Assembly (NCBI GenBank): GCA_051599415.1
Contig: AP039712.1
Span: 62,001 to 126,000 of the forward strand
Direction: 5' to 3'
From: Savitreella phatthalungensis
Taxonomy: Eukaryota
Length of the DNA stretch: 64,000 nt
The stretch's first letter is position 1, and every line of letters begins with the position of its first letter. The position numbers and the translations under genes are program-made. Shown one piece after another: positions 13,346-24,034 of the stretch. The notes under the pieces are model-generated. The model was not told where the DNA came from. It did not search any database and saw nothing but the letters and a program-made list of their open reading frames with translations.

Positions 13346-16096
13346 ATGGAAGGCGAGGATACGGACGGCGAACCGCCCGTGACTGTGGACCTCCCACTGA
13401 ACTACCAGCGCAAAGTGTTCAGTGACATCTATACCGATGACGGACTCGTCGTGCTCGCTAGAGGTCTCGGTGCTCCAGAAGTGCTGGCCAGTGTTCTCCA
13501 TGCTTTGGATATTCCAGGCAGTTTGGTCATCCTGCTAGGTGCTGACGAGCGGGAAGAGAAATGGCTCGGAGACTCGCTCGCAACGATGGCGATGGCCCCT
13601 GGCAGACTTCGTGGCCGAGGACTACAGATCATCAATTCCGATCTCACAGGCGTCGAGAAGCGTCAGAATGCATACGCTCGTGGAGGCATCTTCTCCGTCA
13701 CCTCCCGCATCCTCATCGTCGACATGCTCTCGGGTGTCATCGACGTTACACATATCGCAGGCATTGTCGTTCTCAAAGCGGAAAAGGTCTCCACCGACTC
13801 TGCGGAAGCATTCATCCTGAGGGTGTACCGTCAGCAGAACAAGGACGGCTTTATCAAGGCATTCTCAGATCAGCCTGAGCCATTCGCGACGGGCTTCTCC
13901 CCACTAACATCGATCCTCAGAAATCTGTTCTGCAGAAAAGCATTCCTCTGGCCCCGATTCCACATTGACGTCTCTGTAGATCTCGAGTCTCGGCGGGCCG
14001 ATGTTGTCGAGATCGAGGTCGCTATGACGCCGGCCATGCGCGATATCCAGAACGCTATTCTTGAATGTATCGAGGGCGTGCTGGGCGAGCTGAAGCGTGC
14101 AAATCCAGGAGCCCTTGACATCGAAGACTACTCCACCGATGCCGCCCTGAATCGCAACTTCGATAGCATTGTCAGGCGTCAGCTAGACCCAGTCTGGCAT
14201 CGCGTATCCTACCGCTCAAAGCAACTCGTGAATGACCTTACCTCACTTCGCAACATGCTTCATTACCTTCTGACCTACGATGCTGTCAGCTTTAACAAGG
14301 TCATGGAGACTGTATTTGAGACTAACAGTGCCGATTCTCGCGTCGCTCGACAAAACCAAGCGCCCTGGCTATTCCTAGATGCAGCAGACACCATCTTCGC
14401 TCTCGCAAGAGACAGAGTCTACAGCACCAAGAGCGGCAACAAACCGGCAATCGGCGTCCTTCCCTCAATTCAAGATCTCGATTTGCAGCTCGAAGAACAG
14501 CCTAAGTGGGAACAGCTCGCAGAAATACTGCAGGAGATCAATGCAGAGACCTTCCTGAACCCGCCGACAGATTCCGCAACTGGTGCGGTTCTCATCATGT
14601 GCAGCGATCATCGGACGTGTGTTCAAGTACGGCAGTACCTCGAGACGATGAATCACGCGCGTAGCAGTGACAATCCCGAGGCAGAAGCTTCAGGCAAGCA
14701 GCTCCTACGTCGCAAGTTCCGCGAGTACGTTTCCTGGAAAGACTCGTTCCGCAAGTTGACAGCGGAGATGGCCCGTGAGAGGCAGCTCGAGGAAGAAGCC
14801 CGTGAAGCTCAACGGCGTGGTGCACCGTCGGCATTGCGCCACTCCGCCAGAGGTCCGCCACCCAACAAACGCCGCCGCGTTCGAGGTGGTGCCTCTTCTA
14901 CACCACAGCGGGGAGCGATCATGCCAGGCGGCAATGCCATCGTCGATCTACAGGAGCTCGCGACCAAGCTCGCAGAAGAAGAAGACCGAGACGAGGTGAT
15001 TGTGGTGGACGACAACGACGACCCGTATGAGCTCCTCGACCTCGACGATCTCGTGCTAGTCCTGCCCTTCGACGGCGACATGGACGACAGGCTGCTCGAC
15101 GAAGTCCGACCACGGCACATCATCATGTACGAGCTCGATGCAGCATTCATTCGTCGAATCGAGCGCTACAGAAGCACCTACCGCGATGTGAACTTGCGCA
15201 CATATTTCATGTTCTATGGCGGCTCTGTCGAAGAGCAACGATACCTGTCTGCCGTCAGGAAGGAGAAGGACGCGTTCACGAAGCTGATCAAGGAGAAAGC
15301 CAACATGGCATTGGTGTTAGGCCACGACGTCCGTGTGGATGATCAGCAGGAGCAATTCCTCCGCACAGTGAACACGCGCATCGCAGGCGGCGGTCGTCTA
15401 CGTGCCACGGCAGAGCAGCCTCGCGTCGTTGTCGACGTGCGCGAATTCAGATCTAGTCTGCCGGGTCTCCTGTACGCTCGCCAAAACCAAGTAATCCCCT
15501 GTCAATTGACTGTCGGAGACTACATCCTGACGCCGGACATCTGCGTCGAGCGCAAGTCCGTGAGCGATTTGATACAGTCGTTCGCCTCGGGTCGACTATA
15601 CAACCAGTGTGAGCAAATGCTCAGGTTCTACCGCACGCCTGTCGTCCTGATTGAGTTTGATCAGCACAAGGCTTTCAACCTCGAGCCTTTCGCCTCTTTC
15701 GAAGGCAACATCGACCTGACAAACCTCCAGACAAAAGTGGTCATGCTGTCGTTAGCCTTTCCACCTGTCAAGTTCATCTGGTCCTCATCACCCTACGCGA
15801 CTGCAGAGATCATCGAGGAACTCAAACGGACCAATGAAGAACCGAATCCTCTCGACGCGGTCTCATATGGTCTTGCTGACAGGGACGATGTCACACGAAC
15901 AGAGAATCAAGCTCCCATGGAGTTACTTGCCAGTCTCCCGGGTGTCACCGCATCCAATATCGGCAATCTCGTCAGGAAGATCGAATCGATCCAGGATCTG
16001 TGTTCGAGGAAGGACACTGAGCTGATCGACCTGATAGGTCCTGAGGCTGGGAGAACATTGTATCGATTCCTGCACAGGGACGTCCTGGCTGGTTGA
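13346..16096 (+). CDS. RAD1: XPF/Rad1/Rad16/MEI-9 structure-specific DNA repair endonuclease
   Basis: DGLVVLARGLG, TSRILIVDML, GFIKAFSD, VVVDVREFRSSLP, GDYILTPDICVERKS (ERCC4 nuclease), C-terminal HhH. First ATG at 13346. Confidence 0.97.
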   Translation: MEGEDTDGEPPVTVDLPLNYQRKVFSDIYTDDGLVVLARGLGAPEVLASVLHALDIPGSLVILLGADEREEKWLGDSLATMAMAPGRLRGRGLQIINSDLTGVEKRQNAYARGGIFSVTSRILIVDMLSGVIDVTHIAGIVVLKAEKVSTDSAEAFILRVYRQQNKDGFIKAFSDQPEPFATGFSPLTSILRNLFCRKAFLWPRFHIDVSVDLESRRADVVEIEVAMTPAMRDIQNAILECIEGVLGELKRANPGALDIEDYSTDAALNRNFDSIVRRQLDPVWHRVSYRSKQLVNDLTSLRNMLHYLLTYDAVSFNKVMETVFETNSADSRVARQNQAPWLFLDAADTIFALARDRVYSTKSGNKPAIGVLPSIQDLDLQLEEQPKWEQLAEILQEINAETFLNPPTDSATGAVLIMCSDHRTCVQVRQYLETMNHARSSDNPEAEASGKQLLRRKFREYVSWKDSFRKLTAEMARERQLEEEAREAQRRGAPSALRHSARGPPPNKRRRVRGGASSTPQRGAIMPGGNAIVDLQELATKLAEEEDRDEVIVVDDNDDPYELLDLDDLVLVLPFDGDMDDRLLDEVRPRHIIMYELDAAFIRRIERYRSTYRDVNLRTYFMFYGGSVEEQRYLSAVRKEKDAFTKLIKEKANMALVLGHDVRVDDQQEQFLRTVNTRIAGGGRLRATAEQPRVVVDVREFRSSLPGLLYARQNQVIPCQLTVGDYILTPDICVERKSVSDLIQSFASGRLYNQCEQMLRFYRTPVVLIEFDQHKAFNLEPFASFEGNIDLTNLQTKVVMLSLAFPPVKFIWSSSPYATAEIIEELKRTNEEPNPLDAVSYGLADRDDVTRTENQAPMELLASLPGVTASNIGNLVRKIESIQDLCSRKDTELIDLIGPEAGRTLYRFLHRDVLAG

Positions 16097-16116
16097 GATG
16101 AAGCATCTGATGGCGC

Positions 16117-17076
16117 TCAAGTGCTGCCTCTAGCAGACCAGGCGCAGAAATCCTCGACCGGCGTAACAACAAGCCTGGTTGCCACAGCCCCATTAGCCAG
16201 CACTCCGAGCGTTTCACCTCCTTTCCCGCCAGTCTGTCGAATAGGTGCTACCCGAAATACTTCGGTGATATCCATTTCGCGGACGTATCGCTGGAGGCCA
16301 TCATAATTCAGAGCAACGTGGTGCGGGCCATGAGAGTCATCGCTGAGGCAGAATCTACCGCCTGCCTGCTTCACCATTGCCACGATGTCGGGCCTAGGAT
16401 ACGGCGATGCCCATCCCTTCCGAAGTGCCGCGGAATTCAACTCGAATAGAGCTCCATATCCGACGGCGAACTCGATATTTCGTCTCGCCTTTTCACGCAC
16501 GCTGTCGAATCGGAGCCAATCCTTGGCGTTCTGAGGCGCATGAAGGAGAACAACGTCGAAGTGACCGACCACCTGTGGCTTGAGTTTTGTCAGCACTGCA
16601 TACATGTGATCGAGATAGGTAGCATAGAGTGTCTCATCTGATCCACCGCAAGTCTCATCCCTAGCACGAACCCACTCCTCCTGGCTGTAGTCGATCGGCA
16701 CACCGTTCACGTGATGAACGCTGCCGACAATCACGTCAGCAGGGTACTTGTGCAGCATGTAGTCAAGCACGACCAAATCAATCTCCCTCAGATACTCCGT
16801 CTCCAATCCGACGAGCAGCTCGAACTCAGGATGCGTCACTGCAAGCTCCGCCTGAATAGCTCTAGCGCGTCTGTAGAATCCATCATACAACTCACACAAC
16901 CCTGTCAATCCGACCTGCTCCTCACCAGGGTACAAGTCGGCTTCTCTGAACCGTGGAATGTGTTCAGTCAAGCAGAAATGGGAGAGACCTCGGTCAATCG
17001 CCTCAGAAATACAAGAGTCCAGTGATCCGGTAGCATGTGTACAATAATCGCCACTGTGCGAATGATGTGAGTGCAT
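16117..17076 (-). CDS. HIS2: Histidinol-phosphatase (PHP family)
   Basis: MHSHHSHSGDYC, LTEH, GSVHHV, VVGHFD, ELNSAALRKG and LSDDSH motifs. Confidence 0.95.
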   Translation of the reverse strand: MHSHHSHSGDYCTHATGSLDSCISEAIDRGLSHFCLTEHIPRFREADLYPGEEQVGLTGLCELYDGFYRRARAIQAELAVTHPEFELLVGLETEYLREIDLVVLDYMLHKYPADVIVGSVHHVNGVPIDYSQEEWVRARDETCGGSDETLYATYLDHMYAVLTKLKPQVVGHFDVVLLHAPQNAKDWLRFDSVREKARRNIEFAVGYGALFELNSAALRKGWASPYPRPDIVAMVKQAGGRFCLSDDSHGPHHVALNYDGLQRYVREMDITEVFRVAPIRQTGGKGGETLGVLANGAVATRLVVTPVEDFCAWSARGST

Positions 17077-17861
17077 CTCCCTCACAAATCTACACAAACC
17101 GAACTTGTTAGTCTCTTATTAGCAACGCCAACCACGCCGATCTGGAGACTGCGAGAGACCGGGTCGTCTAAGAACTCGTCAAGGGAACGGCGTAGAAGGT
17201 GACGAGTGTTAGGTCATTCAATCGTGCATCTTTGAGTTTCGTGCACGTGCACTTCAATAAACCTTGGTCCTTGGCCTCGCACAAAAATCAAATTTAATTT
17301 AGGATTTTAATCAAATTTCAGCAAAATTTAAAGTTCTCGAAGTGTAAATCTCGATTTCTTTATAATTCAAAAATAGCATAAAGACCAGACCGTTAATCAC
17401 ACGTGCATTCCTGTATCCAGTGTTTAGAGTTGACATTGTCAGCCGTACAAGGGTTGTACAAAAACACTCCAGGTTACACAGCACAGCACAGCAAAGCATA
17501 TCACAGCGCAACGTATAGGACAACAACATTCACGATAGGACTCTTGTCAGTCATTCAGACAGTCCTCAAGGTCCTTTCCCTAATTACAGAAGACGATCGC
17601 CTGTCTATCATTGTCTCTCTCTCACTCTCCCTCTCCTACTTGTACGTATTACTTAGATAGTTCTTTGATCGCGCTCTATCTCCAACCAACCCACTGCCCG
17701 ACACTCTTTTGACTGCCACCACAAAGTGCCTCATCACTCTCGATTCTACCAACACCCTTCCCTTCAGAGAAAGTCTCACGATTCCAGACTACATCACCAC
17801 CTGAGTCCTGTACAGATCCACACTCAGCACTCTATCTGTGACCTTCTCCAGCTAGATCGAC

Positions 17862-20459
17862 ATGCAGAGCAACAGAGGCGGACAGCGCTCGCCAACGCGC
17901 AAGCCAGTCCTCTATGACGAGCGAGAAACCAACTCGAATCACTCACAAGCATCTCTCAGACGCTACTCACCCCTGGAGTCACAAATGGCCAATATGCGTG
18001 TCTCAGGCTCACATGATACACAGGCAGATATTGAGGCAGACGAAGGCGATACGCTCGGTCCCATGACCTCTGACCACGGTAGCACCGCAGTCAGGCGCGC
18101 AAACAGTAATCGGGACACGGTATTTGACCCAAAGCGTGGCACTGCGATGTATGCCGGATTCAACAGTATCATAGACGACTACTATACCGAGGGCGACATC
18201 ACGGGTATCCGCATTCCAGCACCGTCTCAGCTTGAACGCAGGGACAATTCTCGATCACCCGTTAGACCGATGAGTAAAAGCGCGTCTCAAGCGAGTCATC
18301 TCACCGCTGGAAATCCCGAACCGCTTCGGCCGACCTCCCAGCACACATCTCACGCTTCCGATCGCGGCAGCGTCACCTCCCTCAACAGCTCCCCGCATCG
18401 TCGGCAGAACCACGATAGCGGTGACTATTCATCCGCCCAGAGGTTACAGCAGCAGCGCAGCCCGCCGCAGGCCCAACTCGTTCCACCGCCAGCCAAGCCG
18501 ACCATGCCTGGAGGCGCCTATATCGAGGACTCAGAATATGATGACGACAGAGCATACGCGGCAGAACCATACAGTCGAGGCTATCCTCCGCAACAAGGAC
18601 CTCCGCCACAGGGCCCTGCGATGGGAGGCTATCCACGCGGGTACGGGCCTGATCCGCGGGTTATGAGGCAAGGCTACCCTGGCGGTCCCCCTCCTCAACA
18701 GCAGCAGCAGCAGATGCCTCTTCGTGGCAGGCAAGACTACGGACCCCCGCAGGGCGGGTACGGCCGGGGCCCACCGCCTCCGCAAGGCTACGACCCCAGA
18801 GCCGGCGGACCACCTCGACGTCCTTCTAATGGCCCTCCTGACGGCAGGTACCCACGACAGCAAGGCTACCCGCCCCAGCAAGGCTATCCACCCCAACAGG
18901 GCTACCCTCCACAGCAAGCTTACCCACCACAGCAGCAAATGCCGCCACAAGCAAGGCCGATGCAGCCTCGCCAGGCGATGCCGAGACCAGGACCCCCACC
19001 AGCTGGCCATCCTCAGGACCGGATGCGTTACATGGCCGACCAGCGAATGCCAAGAGAACAGTATTTGCCAGGTCCACCACAACAGCAGCAGCTCATGCAA
19101 CAGCCTCCACCAGGACCAGCCACGTACGATGACCGTCGAGCCTCTCCACAGCAAGACCTCACGCCTCCGCGAATGCCTTCACAGACAGGCAGGCAGACAC
19201 CACCACTCCGTCACGGGCAACCTGTCCCACGTGGTCAGTCTCCAGGAATGCCTCCACAACAGCAGCAGCAACAACAACAATACCTGCAGCCCGAGCCAGC
19301 ACGTACGATGACACCGCAATCCGATGCTAGGATCCCTGCGAGCTCTCCACAACCGAGCAACAATTCAGACATGCTTCTCCACAAAGAGGAAACTGGCGTG
19401 GTGACTCTTGCAGAGCTCGCTGCCTTGCGTAAGGAAACTGCAAAGACGCAGAATCCCGCTGTGCAGCTAACGCTGGTGAAACGTCTGATCGAAGCTGCCT
19501 CTGTCCTGCCGGGGCAGGACCCAAAAGCGGATGCAAAGCAGGTCCGACGAACACGAGAAGACTACACGCGCGAAGCCCTTCGAACCCTGAAGCAGATGAC
19601 CGCGAAGGAAGACCCCTTCCCAGACGCCCTCTTCTTCCTCGCCAATTGCTACGGCAACGGTGCACTTGGCCTAGACGTCGACCACGAGCGCGCCTTTGCA
19701 CTATACGAGCAGGCAGCGAAGCTCCAGCACGGCCAATCTGCCTACCGCACGGCCGTTTGTCTTGAGATTGGCGCTGGCACGCGCGCTGACCTCGAGCGCG
19801 CCGTTCGATTCTACGAGCGTGCAGCAGACTACGGCGACGTTGCTGCGATGTACAAAATTGGAATGATCCAGCTGCGTGGCCTACTATCCCAGCCGTGCGA
19901 TCCGCGCTCGGGTCTTCGATGGCTTCAGCGGGCTGCAGAGCAGGCAGACATCGAGAACCCGCACGCCCTGCACGAGCTAGCGCTCCTGTACGAGCGCGGA
20001 GACCCAGACAATACAGGCATCGTCCAGAACGAGCCCTTCGCCAAAGACCTCTTCACCAAGGCGGCCAAACTCCACTACGCACCGTCGCAATTCAGGCTCG
20101 GATACGCGTACGAGTACGGCACACTCGGCTGCCCAGTCGACCCGAAGCGATCGATCGCCTGGTATTCTCGTGGTGCCGAGCGTGGCGACCCGGAGAGCGA
20201 GCTCGCCCTCTCGGGCTGGTACCTCACTGGCTCAGAATCCGTGCTACCGCAGAACGACAGGGAGGCGTACCTGTGGGGTCGCCGAGCGGCAGAAAAGGGT
20301 CTGCCGAAGGCAGAGTTCGCCGTTGGCTACTTCTTCGAATCAGGCATCGGCGTACCTCTCGACATCGACGAAGCCATCAAGTGGTACAAGCGCGCGTCCT
20401 CAGCAGGACAGAAAAAGGCACAGGACCGATTAATCCAACTCAAAGTTGCAAGACGGTGA
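17862..20459 (+). CDS. SKT5: Chitin synthase activator with SEL1-like repeats (Skt5/Chs4 family)
   Basis: C-terminal SEL1 repeats (DALFFLANCYGNG, HALHELALLYE, SQFRLGYAYEYGTLGC, ELALSGWYLTG, KAEFAVGYFFESGIG); long P/Q/G/Y-rich N-terminus. Confidence 0.88.
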   Translation: MQSNRGGQRSPTRKPVLYDERETNSNHSQASLRRYSPLESQMANMRVSGSHDTQADIEADEGDTLGPMTSDHGSTAVRRANSNRDTVFDPKRGTAMYAGFNSIIDDYYTEGDITGIRIPAPSQLERRDNSRSPVRPMSKSASQASHLTAGNPEPLRPTSQHTSHASDRGSVTSLNSSPHRRQNHDSGDYSSAQRLQQQRSPPQAQLVPPPAKPTMPGGAYIEDSEYDDDRAYAAEPYSRGYPPQQGPPPQGPAMGGYPRGYGPDPRVMRQGYPGGPPPQQQQQQMPLRGRQDYGPPQGGYGRGPPPPQGYDPRAGGPPRRPSNGPPDGRYPRQQGYPPQQGYPPQQGYPPQQAYPPQQQMPPQARPMQPRQAMPRPGPPPAGHPQDRMRYMADQRMPREQYLPGPPQQQQLMQQPPPGPATYDDRRASPQQDLTPPRMPSQTGRQTPPLRHGQPVPRGQSPGMPPQQQQQQQQYLQPEPARTMTPQSDARIPASSPQPSNNSDMLLHKEETGVVTLAELAALRKETAKTQNPAVQLTLVKRLIEAASVLPGQDPKADAKQVRRTREDYTREALRTLKQMTAKEDPFPDALFFLANCYGNGALGLDVDHERAFALYEQAAKLQHGQSAYRTAVCLEIGAGTRADLERAVRFYERAADYGDVAAMYKIGMIQLRGLLSQPCDPRSGLRWLQRAAEQADIENPHALHELALLYERGDPDNTGIVQNEPFAKDLFTKAAKLHYAPSQFRLGYAYEYGTLGCPVDPKRSIAWYSRGAERGDPESELALSGWYLTGSESVLPQNDREAYLWGRRAAEKGLPKAEFAVGYFFESGIGVPLDIDEAIKWYKRASSAGQKKAQDRLIQLKVARR
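18849..18935 (+). repeat. Coding 18-bp tandem repeat encoding YPPQQG units
   Basis: YPRQQG-YPPQQG-YPPQQG-YPPQQA-YPPQQ in the SKT5-like ORF. Confidence 0.8.
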
Positions 20460-20545
20460 GGGCATCAAAATCAGTCCATCCAGCCAGCTAGAGCTAGGAT
20501 ATGCATTTTGTACGATTACGATAGCACCTTTTCTCTCTTTCTCTC

Positions 20546-22297
20546 TCAAAGTGTTGTAAAGTTGTTTGGGCTCCCACCTGGACTCGGTGACCGTGCACGA
20601 CTCACTAGACCTCCACGTCGAGCAGGCCTCTTCTGTGCCTTCTCGACCTGTTCCGTCTGTGATGCCGTTGGGGCTGACGCTGATGCCAACCACCCATCAA
20701 ACCCATCTGCCGCGGTCGTCCTTCCGCCGCCGACAAACCCTGCGGCAGGCGCATCGAGCGTGTACGTGAGCCTATCGCCTAGCCTGTGCAAGGCGACCTT
20801 GGCAGCCGACCTGTCGAGGTAGGCTGCTCTCGGATCGGTGATCCTCCCAGCAAGCGTGTGCGCGGCTGCAGCAATCTTCTGAACCTTCTTCCTCGTCTCC
20901 CCACCACTACCACCAACACGAGCCAGCGCGCTAGACATCAACCCACATCGGCCACCCAACTCATCAAACATCGTCCCCACACCCACCTCCCACCGCTCGA
21001 TCTCTGCCGCAAGCGCATCGAGGGTATGTTGGTCTGCCGGCGTGTTTGGGACCCTGTGGATGAGGTGGAGGGTGGCTAGGGATTGTACGAGGTCTAGGAG
21101 TTGTGGGGTGGTGGTTGGGAGTGCTGCGACGAGGGCTGCGTGAGTGGAAGAGGTGGTGGTGAGTGCTGCTAGCCTGTGGATCAACTCATCTCGACGCCCA
21201 CAGGCATACACCCTCCCCACACACCCACAAAGCACATCCTCCACCAACCCACCAACCTCCAAGCACACATACCGGTCCATCATCATCCACCCACACACCA
21301 CACCTATCGCCAAAGCATCATCAACCTGGAAGCATCCAAATCGTAGACCACCCACCGCAATCGCCAGCGCACACCGGAGACGTGGGACGGCCTGTTGGAC
21401 GCGGTCGACGTAGTGCTCGGGCTCGTGTGGGTGTTGTGGTTGGGGTGTGGGTGGACGTATGCCTGCTGCTGTGAGGAGTGTGTTGATCTGATGGAACGTG
21501 AGGGTGGTACAGTTGTGGTGGATGAGGGTAGTGATGAGGGATGGGAGTCTGTGGAGCTCAAGCGGGTCGAGAGCGTGCTCCGCCCTAGACAGCAGGTGGA
21601 GCCCGACGTCCTCCGGAAGCAGCACCCCGTTGTACGGCGCATCCCTCTCGACAAAAAACGTCAACAGATCGCAGCGGCTCAACAAACCCAAATCGCCAAC
21701 ATCCCGAGCAAGCTCGTCCGGTATCCGACCCACCATCTCACCATCCCCTACCAACGACACCCACTCGCCAGGACTGCCCAACACGCACACCTGCGCCGGC
21801 CCACGAGCGTGTCTGCTAGATCGGTGGTCAGCGACGATGGCGCGGACTGTGTGAGGGACGGTGTGGAGGTCTGGTAGTGTGGGTTTCGATGGTGTGGAGG
21901 GTGGTGATCGTGAGAGCTTGATGATACGCTGCTTGGCGACCTGTCGCGCCTGCTTCGCCTCCAGCAGCGCAGCCATGTCGTACTTGCCGCTGTACCGAGA
22001 CGCCTGGGCGGCCTCCCGAGCAACAGCATCCTCAACATCCAGACGAGCCCGGCGCATGCTCGCCGTCGCACGGTCAGCAGCAGCACGTCGTGATGAGCCA
22101 GGTCGGCGGGGCGTCAATGTCCCCCGATTAGTCCCGGGACGCTTCACCAGCGCATCGAGAGCTACTAATTCATCCTCAGAAGACGACACGTCGTCCCGTG
22201 GGCCGCTCGCCACAGAGGATTGATGTGGGGTTGGGGTGGAGGAGGCTGAAGGGCGTGGGTTGAAGTAGTCTTTGACTGACCTCTGTTGCGCGGACAT
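20546..22297 (-). CDS. Hypothetical nuclear protein, possibly an Nse6/SLF2 (Smc5/6 loader)-like protein
   Basis: 583-codon ORF from ATG 22297. Disordered N-terminus and helical C-terminus ending RITDPRAAYLDRSAAKVALHRLGDRL, which resembles recalled Nse6/SLF2 C-termini (not verified by search). Confidence 0.6.
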   Translation of the reverse strand: MSAQQRSVKDYFNPRPSASSTPTPHQSSVASGPRDDVSSSEDELVALDALVKRPGTNRGTLTPRRPGSSRRAAADRATASMRRARLDVEDAVAREAAQASRYSGKYDMAALLEAKQARQVAKQRIIKLSRSPPSTPSKPTLPDLHTVPHTVRAIVADHRSSRHARGPAQVCVLGSPGEWVSLVGDGEMVGRIPDELARDVGDLGLLSRCDLLTFFVERDAPYNGVLLPEDVGLHLLSRAEHALDPLELHRLPSLITTLIHHNCTTLTFHQINTLLTAAGIRPPTPQPQHPHEPEHYVDRVQQAVPRLRCALAIAVGGLRFGCFQVDDALAIGVVCGWMMMDRYVCLEVGGLVEDVLCGCVGRVYACGRRDELIHRLAALTTTSSTHAALVAALPTTTPQLLDLVQSLATLHLIHRVPNTPADQHTLDALAAEIERWEVGVGTMFDELGGRCGLMSSALARVGGSGGETRKKVQKIAAAAHTLAGRITDPRAAYLDRSAAKVALHRLGDRLTYTLDAPAAGFVGGGRTTAADGFDGWLASASAPTASQTEQVEKAQKRPARRGGLVSRARSPSPGGSPNNFTTL

Positions 22298-22688
22298 CGG
22301 TATTGGGGCGCAAAGCAAAAAAGATCAGTCGAGACTGTGTATGAGTGTGTTCTATGTCATGGTACGTTCAGCTGTCGCGTCACGTACGCGTCTAGATTCA
22401 TCTCATTGCATCACTTGTGGTTGTTGTGCTGATAATGTGTTTATGTAAGTGAAGTAGAGTGGAGTTGAATGCATAGACGACCGTTGCCCCCTGTCACATG
22501 CATCCTCAATGTCAGATGCACGGATGCAAGGTCTCACAAACACAAGACACACAACCAAGACAGACGTTCAAGATGCGCTCCTCTCCTATCTGCTCGCTTA
22601 GTCGGCTGTAGACTTGCTCATTAGACGTTACATGATATTGCAGGGTTATGGAGACCTGTTTAGAGAGGAGAATGTACAGAAGTGTGAG

Positions 22689-23106
22689 CTAGTCGCGCTT
22701 GTTGCCCATGCAGATGATAGTGACGCTGTCCCCTCTGACAAACATCATCTCTGAGTGCTTGGTGACCGTCTGTGAAGGAAGGTCAATCTCACATACCATC
22801 CTGTAACCCCATCTTTTTGTTCTTGTGAGGGTGATAAGTCACTTACTCTGACGACATTGCCTTCTGGAGACGCGTTTGTATCTACCACCGTGACTGTCTC
22901 CTGTACGTTGCCGAGGACGATGTTGCAGTGTGAGTCATATGCCTGTGTTGAGGAGTCTTGTCAGTGATACATTCGTCAATGGTGGTGGATTGATGTACGT
23001 GTAGTCTGCCTGTAAGTTCTCTGTCTCCGCGTAATTTGACGTAGACTTGCTCGTCAAGTGATAGACGAATGAGATCGAGTGGTTCAGTCACTGCTGCAGT
23101 CGTCAT
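22689..23106 (-). CDS. LSM3: U6 snRNA-associated Sm-like protein; exons 23106-22999, 22942-22847, 22769-22689
   Basis: [46 protein letters not shown].../[16 protein letters not shown], with two phase-0 GT-AG introns. Confidence 0.96.
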
Positions 23107-23561
23107 TCCTGAGAGGAGGGATGAAGGTGAGAGTGAGAGAGAAGAGAGAAGGATAGTTGTGCTTTGCACTGTTGAATGGATGATGATGGTGATTCTGGCT
23201 CCCTTTTGGCTCTACAGACAATATAGTAAGTATGGTCATCATCTTCGTTCAGATACGTTCACTCACTCACTCATTCACTCACTCATTGACTCACCCGCTC
23301 ACTCATTCACGAGTCCCGTGCGCGGTTGAAAGTAAGTAGACGCCACATTTATTGAGCAAATGCACATATTGAATTTTGTGGCTGATAGGTTCACGTGCTT
23401 CCCACGATCAATTCATCCAATTCATTAAATTTTGTAGAAGAAAATAAGTAATCCCTACACATTTATTCAACTTTTGAGCCAATTTGTAATATTTTCTACT
23501 GGAGATGCATCTGTGGAAGCGACAGCGGGAGTAGACAGTAGACTGTGTACCAGGAAGAATC

Positions 23562-23675
23562 TAGTAGCCAGTATCCAGTAGCCAGTATCCAGTATCCAGT
23601 AGTCAGTGGACAGTATCCAGTGGACAGTAGCCAGTAGCCTGTAGTAGCCAGTGGACAGTATCCAGTATCCAGTAG
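23562..23675. repeat. Degenerate 7-bp tandem repeat (CCAGTAT/CCAGTAG/ACAGTAG)
   Basis: Visible array in the LSM3-EGD2 divergent intergenic region. Confidence 0.8.
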
Positions 23676-24034
23676 ACTGTGTAGTACCACTGTAGCAAGT
23701 ATACCGTACACTCTGGACGTTACCGTAACAATTCTGTATCTACTCATACACTCCGCAACGCAACAGCCAGTCATACCTCTCTCTCCATACACGATCCAAT
23801 CTCTCACTCACACAGTCTAGTCACTCACACAGTCTAGTCAGTCCAGTTCGTGCACAACGTCAGCGTCAGCGTCAGCGTTCACAGCCACAGACGTTCTACT
23901 CTCCTATCGAGTCACCGGGTCACACCTACACACTCACATAGTCCCTAAAGACAAACGTCATCAACCCCTTCCATCCAACACACACGACAGGTCTCTCTCT
24001 CTCTTTCTCTTTTTCCCCTTGATCTCTCACAAAC

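Noticed and set aside
23496..23807. ORF with TGYW/TGYC repeats
   Set aside because: Translation of the 7-bp tandem repeat. Not a CRISPR array either, as there are no unique spacers.
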